From positions 3,050,419 to 3,114,418 of the forward strand of contig MU058198.1 in assembly GCA_013265495.1 (NCBI GenBank): a stretch of 64,000 bases of DNA, given 5' to 3'. The notes under the pieces are model-generated. The model made no database searches and was not told the origin of the DNA. It saw nothing but the letters and a program-made list of their open reading frames with translations. Below, piece by piece: positions 13,216-24,458 of this stretch; within the stretch, counting starts at the first letter, position 1, and each line of letters starts with the position of its first letter. A program made the translations under genes and the position numbers. Origin of the DNA: Vicugna vicugna (lineage: Eukaryota).

Positions 13216-16200
13216 GTACATTTCGAGTTTTAAAGGTAAATCAACTGTGACATCTCTCATTTGTGCCAACTGAATAACCTGGCTGGAGGGGTTTACTTTC
13301 ACGACTTCATCCTTCTTAATGTATCCAAAGCTGCAAGCGGCGTTTTGTGGGAGAGGAACATACCATTGGAGACCTCCTGCGTATAGGAAGAACCCACAGC
13401 TGTTTCCGTGGCTGCTGTCCGTGGTGCTGATCATCTAAAGCAAGCTTCCTGCAAAAGAAGCACCACAAAGAAAGAAAGAAATCCACCCGAGTGAATCTAA
13501 GGATCCTGTCTCCTACTCCCCAGTGATCAAAGAGAGTAGGTTTCCAAAACTGTTTTAATGAGCATGCGTGAAGAGAGAGACTTGACCCCATCCTTGTGGG
13601 GCAAGTTAATATCCACAAGAACTGAAGGATATCATTCTAGATCCACAGGAATCCTCCTGGAAAGAAGCCAAACTTGGGGCAAGCTTACTCATTACCCCTG
13701 GGTTCCCATAATTAGCCAATCCTGTGCCATTGAAGCCAAAGCCCTAGTATCGGTTTAATCAAGCTTTCTAAACTACTTTAGATCTCCTCTGACTTTCCAG
13801 AAGATTTAAGATTTCCTGATATTTTTCATGACTGGCTTCCTAAGTCTCTGAGCTCTGGTCCTCTAAAGCCCAGTCTCTACAGACTCTACATTACAAAAAC
13901 TTTCAAAAAGCAAAAATAAATTTTAGATAAAGTGATACACCAGAGAAATCAAGGGAAGACAGTGTTTCACTGAGACAACTATCAATTGCAAGTGCCAAAG
14001 AAGGCAAAATTGGGGAAATTATGGAAGATTAGCTGTTTTGCAACCCAAAATTTACTCTGATTTTACTTTGGGGGAACGACTCCCTTCTCACACTCAGACC
14101 ATGTGTTTTGGGTGATTAATTCCAAACCTAAGCATGTAATCCAAACCTAAGCCAATCAGTTCATTCCTTATTTTAATCACAGCATTCAGTTAGTGGCTGG
14201 GACGTGCTTCAGGCAAGGTAATAAAGCCTAATCAGGATCATTCAGAACTCATCTTACAACCTATGCTGGAGTCACCATTCCTGCTAGACTCAGTTATGCA
14301 CATGTAGGGCCTGGAGCTAATGCAGCCATCTTATGATTGCACTGGATAGAGAATGGCATGAACACTGAGAAAGTAGAGCCAAGACTTAAAGGCAAAGTCC
14401 TGGTAACATCTTTTCAATCTGGGCTTATGCTAAGCTGAAACCAAACTCGTCAGTACACAAGATAATTTGTTACATTTTAAACCTAAACTAGTTCAGAGTT
14501 GTTTGTTTGTGACACTTGCAAAATATAGAGTTCTACTTGAATTACAAAAAAAATACTAGAAGTGGAATGTTTTAGGTGATGCATGGTAAAATGTGGAATT
14601 GACAAGGGCCAAGTAGGTTGGATATAAGGCAGTGAAAACCCTTCTGACACAGCTAGGAAGTTAGCAAGACTTTTCATCTACCTTTTGTCAGGGGCATGTA
14701 TGTCCCTTGGACAGAGAAGTGTCCTAGAAAATGAACATAAACAAATCTGTATTTCTCTAATATTACAACAATTAATGTTATTGCCCCAGCTAAATCAATA
14801 GGTAGAAATAATATCCATGTCGTTTGAAGCTAGGGTCTCATTAAGAATAAGAATGATCTGTCATGCCATCACCTCTCGTGAGTCTAGCACATCATGGAAG
14901 AAGGCCCTCACTGGTGTCATCTGGCATAGAAAAGTGTTTCCCAGAAAGTTTGTAGGTCCTGCATCTGGGACTGGATATAGAAAACACTTACTTTAAGGAG
15001 AAGAAGATGGTAGCACCCTATCCAAGTAGATTGTTATCCTCTATATTATTTTGGACTTTTTAGCCTTCTAGTGAGAGAAACTGAACTCAAAATATCTTAA
15101 GCACAATAGTAAATTTATTGGCTCACATGACTGAAAAATCCAGGAAGTAGACCCAGCTTTGGGTATTGTTGGGTACAGAGATTCACTGGGCTGGAACCCT
15201 CACTGTCTCTCGGTCCTGCTTTTCTTTGTTTTGGCTTCACTCCCAGGTCCTGTGTGATATTATCCACAGCTCTCAGATTACACAGTGCTTTCTACTAGTA
15301 GCCCCAACAGTAAGAGAGGTTCTCCTTTGAATCTTTCAGAAAATGTCTTGGGTGGGCCTGACTCTCATTGGATTGAATTGGAGACTATGCCCAGCCCTAA
15401 ACAAAACACCTGAATGATAAGATAAGTCAAGACCTAGAGCTTGGCTAGACCTAGAGCCAGAGGTGAGGTCAACCCAGCCTGAACCACAGTTCAAGTACTA
15501 GGAAAGGAGGATGAATGGTTCTCCAAAGGAAATTCAGGATGTTTCCAGAATAAGAGGAAAAGGATGTTGATAGGAAGGAAGAAAGAAAGAAAACAGATGA
15601 CCACTACACCATTGCTTTTGGCAAGCTAATCTGTAAAATCTGTGCATTTAGGGGACAGTGTCTCATCTAATTTTTTTTTCCTAAGTAGCCTAGAAGTAGT
15701 CCTGTTAACACAAAAGGATGTGTTGGTTCGCTTCATTTTAAGGTTTATTCTTCACTCGTAACCACATTTCCTGAGAATTGCCCATGCACCCACAGTGGTG
15801 GGCCTCTACCACCGTATTTGATCCTACCGTTGTAGTGCTAGCTGATTGGACCAGTGACAAAAACACCTGACCCCAAAAATCTAGCTCATTGGCAGACTAG
15901 TGCCTAATCAAATTCTTCATAGGGATCCACTGAGACGGAGGCAGGTTTTGGGAACTCAAGAAAGTCCACAAAATCCTCCTCCTGAGAGTTTCAGAACGTT
16001 CCTGTTTCTCATTCTTCTGAGGCCTTTTTTATGTTTCTTTGGATCCTGTAAAAGACTTCTGCCTGCATCCGTTTAATAATTTCTTGGTTTTGCTTATGCT
16101 AATTTGAGTCTATTTCTGTTAATTGAAACCAAATAACTTTACCAAGACTAATTTCATTCCCAAGGTTCCAGTAGTATTGAAGAAGGAGTAGCTGATTTTG

Positions 16201-16439
16201 AGTGTAAGTGATTTTAATTATCACTGAACTTGACCCCTGTGGTTGCATGTCCTAAGTTCTGAGCTCTTGCTTCTCAGTCTGTCACTAGTCCCAATTGTCC
16301 TGAAATGCTTCAGTCTTTTAAGGTTTCTGTTTGAGTGAAGTTGTGTCTGTTATCAATTGCCACAGCAGTGCTGCATTACTAGTACACCTGAAATCAGCTC
16401 AGGGGGTAGACTGGGCAGTCCTGCTGATCTTGACTGGGC

Positions 16440-17050
16440 CTGCCGTATAGCAAAATAACATAGGAAGGAGGGAAGGAAGCATTTGAGATGATAGGAAGCA
16501 CTGTGATTTTAAATACAACAAGGGTAGTTTCAGCTTAAGAATAGCAATGACTTGAAGGAGGCAAGGGGATGTGATCCATGGGATTATCTGAGTGTGTGTG
16601 TGTGTGTCTGTGTGTGCATGTAGAGAACCATCCAGATAGAGTGAACACCTGTAGCAAGCCCTGAAGACGGAATGTGTTGGTCCTATTCAAGGACAATGAG
16701 GAAGAAGCAGAATGAGCCAGAGTAGGAGCAGAAGGAGATAAGGGAAGAGTGATAACAGGGATCAGGTCATAAAAGGCCTTATAGGTGACATAAAGGCTTT
16801 GGCTTTTACTCTAAATGAGGTAAAAAGCCACTGAACGAGTTTAAATGGAAGGGTGACATGATCCAACTAATTTAACAGGATCCCTTTGGCTAGTGTATCA
16901 ACAACAAGTTGCAGAGGACAGACTCAGTGAGACTAGCGGGAAGCTATGGCAATGATCCAGGTGAGAGAGAGGGTGAATTGGAGTCCGGTAGTGGCCCCAG
17001 AGGTAATGAGAAATAGATTGTAGGTGTATTTCATAAATATGGACATGATG
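16440..17050 (-). mobile_element. L2 LINE fossil
   Basis: aggctttggcttttactctaaatgagg...gtgacatgatcc...tccctttggct; boundaries approximate. Confidence 0.6.
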
Positions 17051-17959
17051 CTTCCAGAAGGAAAAGAAGTTGTCTATGGTCGAATGATGACAGAGATGGT
17101 TCTGAGACAACACCACTCTGTACCAAAGACAGTTTTTACAACTTTGATCAATCATGCCTTATGCAAGCACCTTGATAGAAGGCTTGCTGCCCCATGGCCT
17201 AGGAAATGAAGGGCTTCTCTCCATCCGAGCCATTCTAAGGATTTTTTGTCATGCTTCATGTGGGACATGGGAGGGTAAGGGTTGGTCCCACTCTCAGCAA
17301 GATTCTTACACAGCTTTGTGGATAAGTGTGCAGGCTCTTCTACAGAGCAGACTTGGATGCAAATCTTGGCTTTATCACCTATTTACAAGTGGTAAACTTA
17401 AGCTTTCTGAGTCTCAGTCCCTTCATCTGTAAAACTTGGGCAATAATAACTCAACAACCAGAGGCAGTGATGGCATAGTGAAAAAACAAAAGTCAGAACT
17501 GAATTCATGAAAGAAAATAGATACAAAAGAGTACATACATTTACATGAGGTTTAAGAACCAAGAAAATGAATCTGTTGTTGCCAAAGGCAATGGTGGTTG
17601 CCTATGTGGGAAGTGAAAAGGGGCTGGGGGAACTTTCTGGCGCAATGATCTATATGTTGATTAGGTGATGGTTATACAGTGTATACATTTACCAAACGTC
17701 ATTAAACCCATAAAAATCTGCGCATTTCACTGTATATAAATTTTAATTGAATTTTAAACAAGAAGCCAATCCAACACAGATTCACTATATACTATAGTGA
17801 CATAGATCTGATTTTAAATCTTATCCCTGACATTTTGTAAACACGTTCTTATTTTTATTGCACGGGTGATAATATGCATTTATATTTATAGAAATCAAGA
17901 AAACACAAATAAGTAAAAACTACTTGTAAGCCTACCCCAAGAGATAATCTCTCTCTCTC

Positions 17960-18081
17960 TTTTTTTTTTTTTTTTGGTGGTGGGGGCAGGTAATTAGGTG
18001 TCTCAGAAGAGGTACTGGGGATTAAACCCAGGAACTTGTGCATGCTAAGCATGTGCTCAACCACTTGAGCTATACCTCCCC
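17960..18081 (-). mobile_element. tRNA-derived SINE
   Basis: gtactggggattaaacccaggaacttgtgcatgctaagc; poly-T tail; TSD-like agataa(t/c)ctct. Confidence 0.88.
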
Positions 18082-18692
18082 AAGATAACCTCTTTTTAAA
18101 CATGTTTGTATATATTCAATTATTCTGTATATTGTTTCATAGCCTGCTCTTTTCTCTTAATTGTTCTTTTGTTGTGCCAATTAACATGGATAATTACATT
18201 GATAGGAAAAAAAATCACTAGTAGGAATTTATCCCAATGAAATAATCAGAGATGGACATAAAGATATTTTACAGAATAATTTACATTTGAAAAACTAGAG
18301 ACAATCTTAAAATATATCAATAATTGATTAAATCAGCTATGTGAATGAAATACTTAGGTAAATGTAGTTATTGTCAAGGAAAGTTACACATAATATATCA
18401 TGAAGTGAAAAAGCTGGCTCTATTTTACAATGAGAATCTAACTGCATATTGTATTGTCATTAAAATAAACCTTAAGAACAGTGTGTATGTGATTACGTAT
18501 ATGTACAGTTAACTATGCTTATTTAATGGTGGTCACAGATTATGGAAAGACTTCCATTTTCTCTCTAGCTTTTCAATTCTTTACTATGAGCATGTATTGT
18601 TAGAAAAAACAGTTGAGATTTTTAAAGAGGATTTTTCTTTAATTGCCCTCCCCAAATACTGAACTTGTTTCCACTTACCAGGGCAAGTAAGC

Positions 18693-18838
18693 CTTGTTAC
18701 TCAAAGTGTGGTCCTTGGGCCAGCAGCAAAGGCATCATCTGAGAAGTTAGAAATGCCAATTCCCATGCTCCATCCCACACCTACTGAATTAGAAACTGCA
18801 TGTGAAATTGATTCGCGGGTGAAAATCTGAGAAACTGA
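18693..18838. mobile_element. MER5A-like hAT fossil upstream of the promoter
   Basis: ctcaaagtgtggtcc...cagcagc...tagaaatgc...cctactgaattagaaact. Confidence 0.7.
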
Positions 18839-19410
18839 GCGAGAGCAGAGGGATTCCCCTCTCTGCGCCTTTTCCTTCCCTAATCAACGAGGCTGCGACA
18901 AAGGTGTCCCTACGGCCCCTCCCAGTTGCAATTTTCTAAGCTCATTTCTTGTAGTATTCAACGTGAGTTCCTATAAAAAGGCAGCAGAAGAGACTAAAGG
19001 ATGAGCGGCCTGCCTGAATAGCCCTATTGCCCACAGCCTGGTGAACGTGGGCACCGAAGCTGCCTCAGGCTCCATCCAGGTCAGGAAGAGACGGAGGGCA
19101 GGAGGCTGCTTGGGATTTCTCTTGGTGCTGGAGGCCGAGGGGTACCCAACTGGACGAGAATGTAAGGCGCCTGGCAGTAACAAGGCGGCAGGAGGCACTG
19201 CAAGGTGCTTGGAAGAGATGTCACACAGACCCAACAGGAATGCAGAGTGCAGGGTGGCCTCAGGGCGGCAGCAAGCACTGCGCGGTGCCACCTGAAGGCA
19301 CAATGCAGGACGGGCTAGGAGGCAGAGCGGCCTTAGCGTGGCAGGGGGCGCTGCTGAGTCGTGGCCCGCTTTGGGCTGCCGCACATCCAGGGAAATACAC
19401 CTGGGCAGGT

Positions 19411-19455
19411 GAGGGCGGGGCCCGAGGGGGCGGGGCTCCAGGGGGCGGGGCCCGG
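19411..19455 (+). promoter_or_regulatory. Three tandem Sp1/KLF GC boxes (15-bp period)
   Basis: gagggcggggcccga gggggcggggctcca gggggcggggcccgg. Confidence 0.8.
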
Positions 19456-19460
19456 CCCAC

Positions 19461-19571
19461 AAGAGCCTTGGCGGCTGGGGCTGCGGGATGCTCGCGCTGT
19501 GTACGAGGAGCCGAGCAGAGCGTACCGGGATCGCGCAGAAGCGAGCTGCAAACCGATCCGAACTGAGTGAG
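19461..19571 (+). other. SCNN1G: SCNN1G non-coding exon 1 (5' end approximate)
   Basis: Directly downstream of GC boxes in the CpG island; ends at strong donor GAG|GTGAGC (19571/19572). SCNN1G is known to have an untranslated first exon. Confidence 0.7.
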
Positions 19572-20214
19572 GTGAGCCCAGACAGGTCGGTTCGCACCAG
19601 CTCGGGGGTTTCAGGCACCGGAGCGGCTGCTGGGTCCCGGGCTTCCCGGACGCCGGACGCACGGTCGGTGGCCGTGCCAGTATCAGCCCGGGGCTGCCTC
19701 CCGGTACCTGAGATGCTGGGACACCTTCCCAAGTCCCCCGGTCCAGCTCTCTGGCATCTGTCCACTCTGTGGCCCGGGACGCAGAGCTGGCGTGAGAGGC
19801 GTTGCCGCGTTACTTAGAAACCGGGTCCGGGGGTCGGGGGCGGCGCCCCGCCTAGTCTCTGCACCCAGCACCTGCTCAGTTCTCTTCCTGGCTTTGGTGA
19901 GACGCGTGGACCTGACCGCGATTGTTCGTTTTCTTCTCTGGAATGTTTTCTCTGGGGTGACTGTGGTTGCAGAAAGTAGCAAACACTTGAAGAGGGTTGG
20001 CTGGATTCTCTCCTGCGGCTTCAGCCTGGGCTTCCCTGGGGCAGACGTGGCTTGGGCCGCAGGACAGCACCCGGTCACTCTGCACGGGGAGAGCAGGGGC
20101 TGCGCAGTCGCCTGAGAGGAATTCGGGTTGGGCTCCCTCACTGAGGTTTGAGGGATAGGCGAGGTCAAGAATGGGCGATCCTGAAGGACCCCAGAATTCC
20201 AGAGAACTATTTTA

Positions 20215-20650
20215 ATCCTTCCTACCTGTGCGGCCTTGGGCAAATTGCCTAATCTCTGCACCTCAGTTTTCTCCTCTGTGAAATGGGGTTAGTACTAGTA
20301 CCTCATATGATTATACTGAGAATTAAACAAGGTGATGTGTGAAAAGAGCTGAGTAGGAAGCCTGGGAGTAAAGTGTTAATAAATGATAGCTGCTATTATT
20401 ACTGTTGGTATTATTATTATTATCATTATTATTAGAGGAGCAGCTTTAGTTTGTAGTTAAAGGCATGGACTCCCAGTTTAAAATCCCAATTCAACCACTT
20501 TCTAGTGTGACCTTGGGCAAGCTACTTAATCTCTCAGTGTCTCAATTTCGTTTGTATAATGGGGACATTATGTACTATCTCAGAAGATTGTTGTAGAAAT
20601 TAAATGAGTTAATACCTGCGAAGTGAGTGCTGTGTGTCAGCTACTAATTC
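20215..20650 (+). mobile_element. Two adjacent MIR SINEs
   Basis: ccttgggcaa...ctcagtttt...aaatgggg MIR core occurs twice. Confidence 0.75.
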
Positions 20651-20999
20651 TTCCATAGAAGCACCATGTTTGATTAAACAGTCTAACCTCGAGGTAGACT
20701 TGCTTTGCTTGTAAGTTGAAATATTATTTGTGCAAACTTGTATGTTTTGTGATGAGCAAGGTGGATTTCTTTCTTTCACCTGTGGCTTCACTGACATTGG
20801 TGGCTGATCCACTGGGCTCCAGGTCAGTCCTGGGGAAGAGGCTGATGGGGTGGAGGGACCCCAGGAGTTATGTCCAATGAGAAAAAGGAAGGTTGATGAC
20901 AAGGAGGTTCCAGAATCAGTTTCTACTGAACATTCACAGAAGAGAAAATCTTCCCTGGGTTTTAGTTTTATTTGACAGGAAATTGAACTTGGACCTAGG

Positions 21000-21149
21000 T
21001 TTTTTTATTTTATTTTATTTTATTTTATTTTATTTTTTTATCATTCTTTTTAAAAATTATTTATTTTTTAGAGGAAGTACTGGAAATTGAACCCAGGACC
21101 TTGTGTATGCTAAGCGTGCACTCTACCCCTTGAGCTATACCCTCTCCCC
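21000..21149 (-). mobile_element. tRNA-derived SINE in intron 1
   Basis: Family match; TSD tggaccta(g/c)gtttt. Confidence 0.88.
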
Positions 21150-23017
21150 TGGACCTACGTTTTTAAAACAAATTCTTGCTAATTTTTGCTATTGGATTGT
21201 AGTGAGTGAGGAAGTGGGGATGGGCAATATTTTAAATGATAAACACAATAAACTACATTCCTCTTGCCAAGAGACTAATAGCATAATTTTGAGGATCAGA
21301 GATCCCAGCAAGATCATACACATCTGTGGAGGGTTAGAGTGGTCTGGCTGCCTCTGGGTGTCTTACCCCACCCCCAACACTCTGTATCCTTGCCATTATA
21401 AACCTAAAACCCACCAGCATCGTGAACTTGAAAGCCTCCCAGCTTTGCCCCAGCTCCCGATTTTGGACAGTACCCCACAGGTTCAGGGTGGAGAAAAAGT
21501 AATTCCTCAAGTCCAAAATTCTGCCTGAGGAACTTGATGGGACAAACTGAAGTCTTTGTCCCTCTTGGGGGAGCTTGGGGACTGCCCTGTAAATCCTCCT
21601 CCAAATTAGAGAATATGCTCATTTGCCTCCGTCACCTATGGTAGGCACAGGAGGCAGAGTTTCTATGTCCCCTCCTCCCTCAATAGCAGTGCTCACCTAA
21701 CCAGTGTTGGGAAGTTGTCATGTTACCTACTTAGAGTTTGGAAATTAAATAGCTCAAGATCCCATCTCTTTCCACCACCCCCACCACTTTAGTCCAGATA
21801 CTGTTAATTAGTTAACTGTCTTGGGGAGGGAGCATGATACCATGCCCCTCAAGGCATATCCCATGGTGGTGAAGGCTGCAAGGTTCCAATCCAGCACCTC
21901 CACTTACTAGCTGTGTGATTTTTGCACAAGTTATTCCACCTCTCTGAGCTCACTTTCCTCCTTTGTAACATGGAGACAATAATCATATGCCTATCTTATA
22001 GGGTTGTTGAAACATGAACTGAAATATATAGAGATTATGCATATTTGGAGAGAGATAAATTATATATGGAGAGAGAGACTGTATATATTTGAGACTAATA
22101 AGACTTTATATTATTTTAGCTCATTTCTTAAAAGATTTATTATTTCACATTGTAAAGTTTCAGTAATTCAGATGTATCACGTACATGGATGAATGTGGTC
22201 ATTGCTTTCCGACGCTCTTCCCTGGACAAAGCTGTTATTAAGTCAAAGTGTATTCTCCAAATTAGCGGTATCTTAGAATCAAGGAAATATGGCACAGTGC
22301 CTGGCAAATATTAAGTGGCCAGTATCTGTAGGCTATTATTGTGCTAGCTGCTGTAGAAACACTAAAGGCTTGATTGTAAAGAGAAGTGAAACAGAAACAA
22401 TTCACTTTCAGTCAGACAGCTGAGAAAAGGCCGGGAAAGGACCGAGCATTATCTAGGGTGGCCGCCCGGAAATTCTCTTGGCAGATTTTATCTGTTGGAA
22501 TTGATTTGCAAGGTGCTTGCTCTGTACCAGACACGCAGCGAGGCAGCAGGGGGCAGGACCAGATAGGAATGCTGCCCTCCAGGAGGACAGGCTAATGGAG
22601 ATGATGAGATCAGGCCGAGGTGGCAATGTCCTAATCACCGCGGAGCTTGCTAAGAGGGGTGTGGAGGCTGATGGGGTCGGGGTTGCTCAGAGGTCTCCTG
22701 CTCCAAGCACCAAGGGGAGCTGTCCTTCAAACCCGTCTGGGGAGTCACAGGTGATAACCTCACCCAACCCCGCCACGGCCTGGCCTGGGGGCCGCAAGGG
22801 AAAGAGGCAGCTCTTTGGCAGCTGTGGTGGCCAAAAAGCAAATATCCTGGAGGAAGGGCCAAGGCGTCAGAAAGCAGACGGGCCAGCCCACAGCGGGAAA
22901 GAGGGAGGCAGCGTCTGAGGGCACATGGGCTGGTGCTTCTCAGGGCTCGGCCTCTGGGATGTGCCTGCTCACCTGCTTTTCTTCTCTGCCCCTGCAGTGG
23001 GCAGCCCTCGCCTCGCC

Positions 23018-23334
23018 ATGGCTCCTGGAGAGAAGATCAAAGCCAAAATCAAGAAGAATCTGCCTGTGAAGGGGCCTCAGGCACCTACCATTAAAGAGCT
23101 GATGCGGTGGTACTGTCTCAACACCAACACGCATGGCTGCCGGCGCATCGTGGTGTCCCGGGGCCGCCTCCGGCGCCTGCTCTGGATTCTGTTTACACTG
23201 ACGGCCGTGGCCCTTATTTTCTGGCAGTGTGCCCTCCTCATCTTATCCTTCTACACCGTCTCTGTCTCCATCAAAGTCCACTTTCAGAAGCTGGATTTTC
23301 CTGCCGTCACCATCTGCAACATCAATCCTTACAA
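23018..23334 (+). CDS. SCNN1G: SCNN1G exon 2 coding part (N-terminus, HG motif, TM1)
   Basis: gccATGg Kozak at 23018; acceptor cctgcag ends 22997; donor AA|GTAAGA; MAPGEK...TICNINPYK. Confidence 0.97.
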
Positions 23335-24416
23335 GTAAGAGGCAGGACCAGGGACGTGGAGGAGGGGTCACGTCCCCCTTCCGGTGCCAACGCCCCTCCT
23401 GAAGGTGACACACTCCAGCCTGCAGACACGCTTTTTAGAAATTTAAATTCATTGCCAATATTAGTAAACTGCCCTCTCCCAGGTTTTAAATCTGTACCAA
23501 GGATTCAGCCCATCAGCTACTTCTGAGGATGGGCTAGCTCAGGCAAGGCAGGAGAGAGTGGCTGTAAGGATCAACTTTGCTTGGAAGTTGGGCCTGGAAT
23601 GACCTAGCATAACCCCTACCCTGGACACACACACACACACACAGACACACGCGCGCGCGTGCTCACGCACACACACACACAGAGCCCAGTTTAGCCATTT
23701 ACTCTGAGCTCTCCAAGCTCACACCCTCACTCTCCCCTGAATGCGAGCTGGAGGCTGACTCAGACATGACACAGGGATGACTTCTGGAAGCATCTCAGCT
23801 GCCCCAAGCCCTCACCTGAGTGAGCCCAGCCCCACTAATTGAGCACAGCCCTTGGTACTGCCCAGTTGTCTGCTGCAGGACCTGTTCTAGATGGGTCATT
23901 GGAGTCCTGCTCAGGATTATTGAAAACTGATCTGTGAGGCAAATCAGAATCTGGCAGAATTTGTCAGAGCAGGGGTGCGGGTAGGGAGAAGGGAAGAGCC
24001 GGGGAGGAGGACCATCAAAGGGAACTGACTGGTCCAGAGTCATAAGTGAGTTGATGGCAAAGCTCAGAATCAAAACCAGGTCTCAACTCCTCCTCCACCT
24101 CCAAGTCTTTCTTTCTTCTTTCCTCTCTCCCTGTTTTCCTCCCTCCACTTCTCCCTCCCTCCTTCTACCCTTCTCCTTTCTTCTTTCCATCCATTGTTTG
24201 TTCCATTATCTTTTATTCAGCATCTACAAATTGTCATTCACTGTGCTAGGCTCTGAGGCATGGAAGTGAAAGACCCAACACAGTCTTTGTTCTAGCGCAG
24301 CTGATATTGTAGTGGAGGAGTGAAATATTAACAAATACAGTTACACTAATAAAACTAGTAACAGTGACCATTTAACTACACACACACATATAATACATAC
24401 ACACAGAAAGATAGAC

Positions 24417-24458
<42 letters not shown>

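Larger units (their letters stand above)
19260..20120. promoter_or_regulatory. CpG island / SCNN1G promoter region
   Basis: High GC and abundant CpG against a CpG-depleted background; spans exon 1. Boundaries approximate. Confidence 0.85.

Noticed and set aside
19338..19353. CTCF-like motif gtggcagggggcgctg
   Set aside because: The 3' part fits but the 5' CCA is missing, and such matches are common in GC-rich DNA.
18971..20261. Long overlapping ORFs (264 aa, 192 aa and others) on both strands
   Set aside because: Expected in a stop-poor CpG island; Pro/Ala/Arg-rich with no recognisable domain.
22925..23017. In-frame upstream ATG giving a 31-aa N-terminal extension of SCNN1G
   Set aside because: Lies in intron 1 upstream of the polypyrimidine tract and AG (22997); the conserved protein starts MAPGEK in a strong Kozak context.
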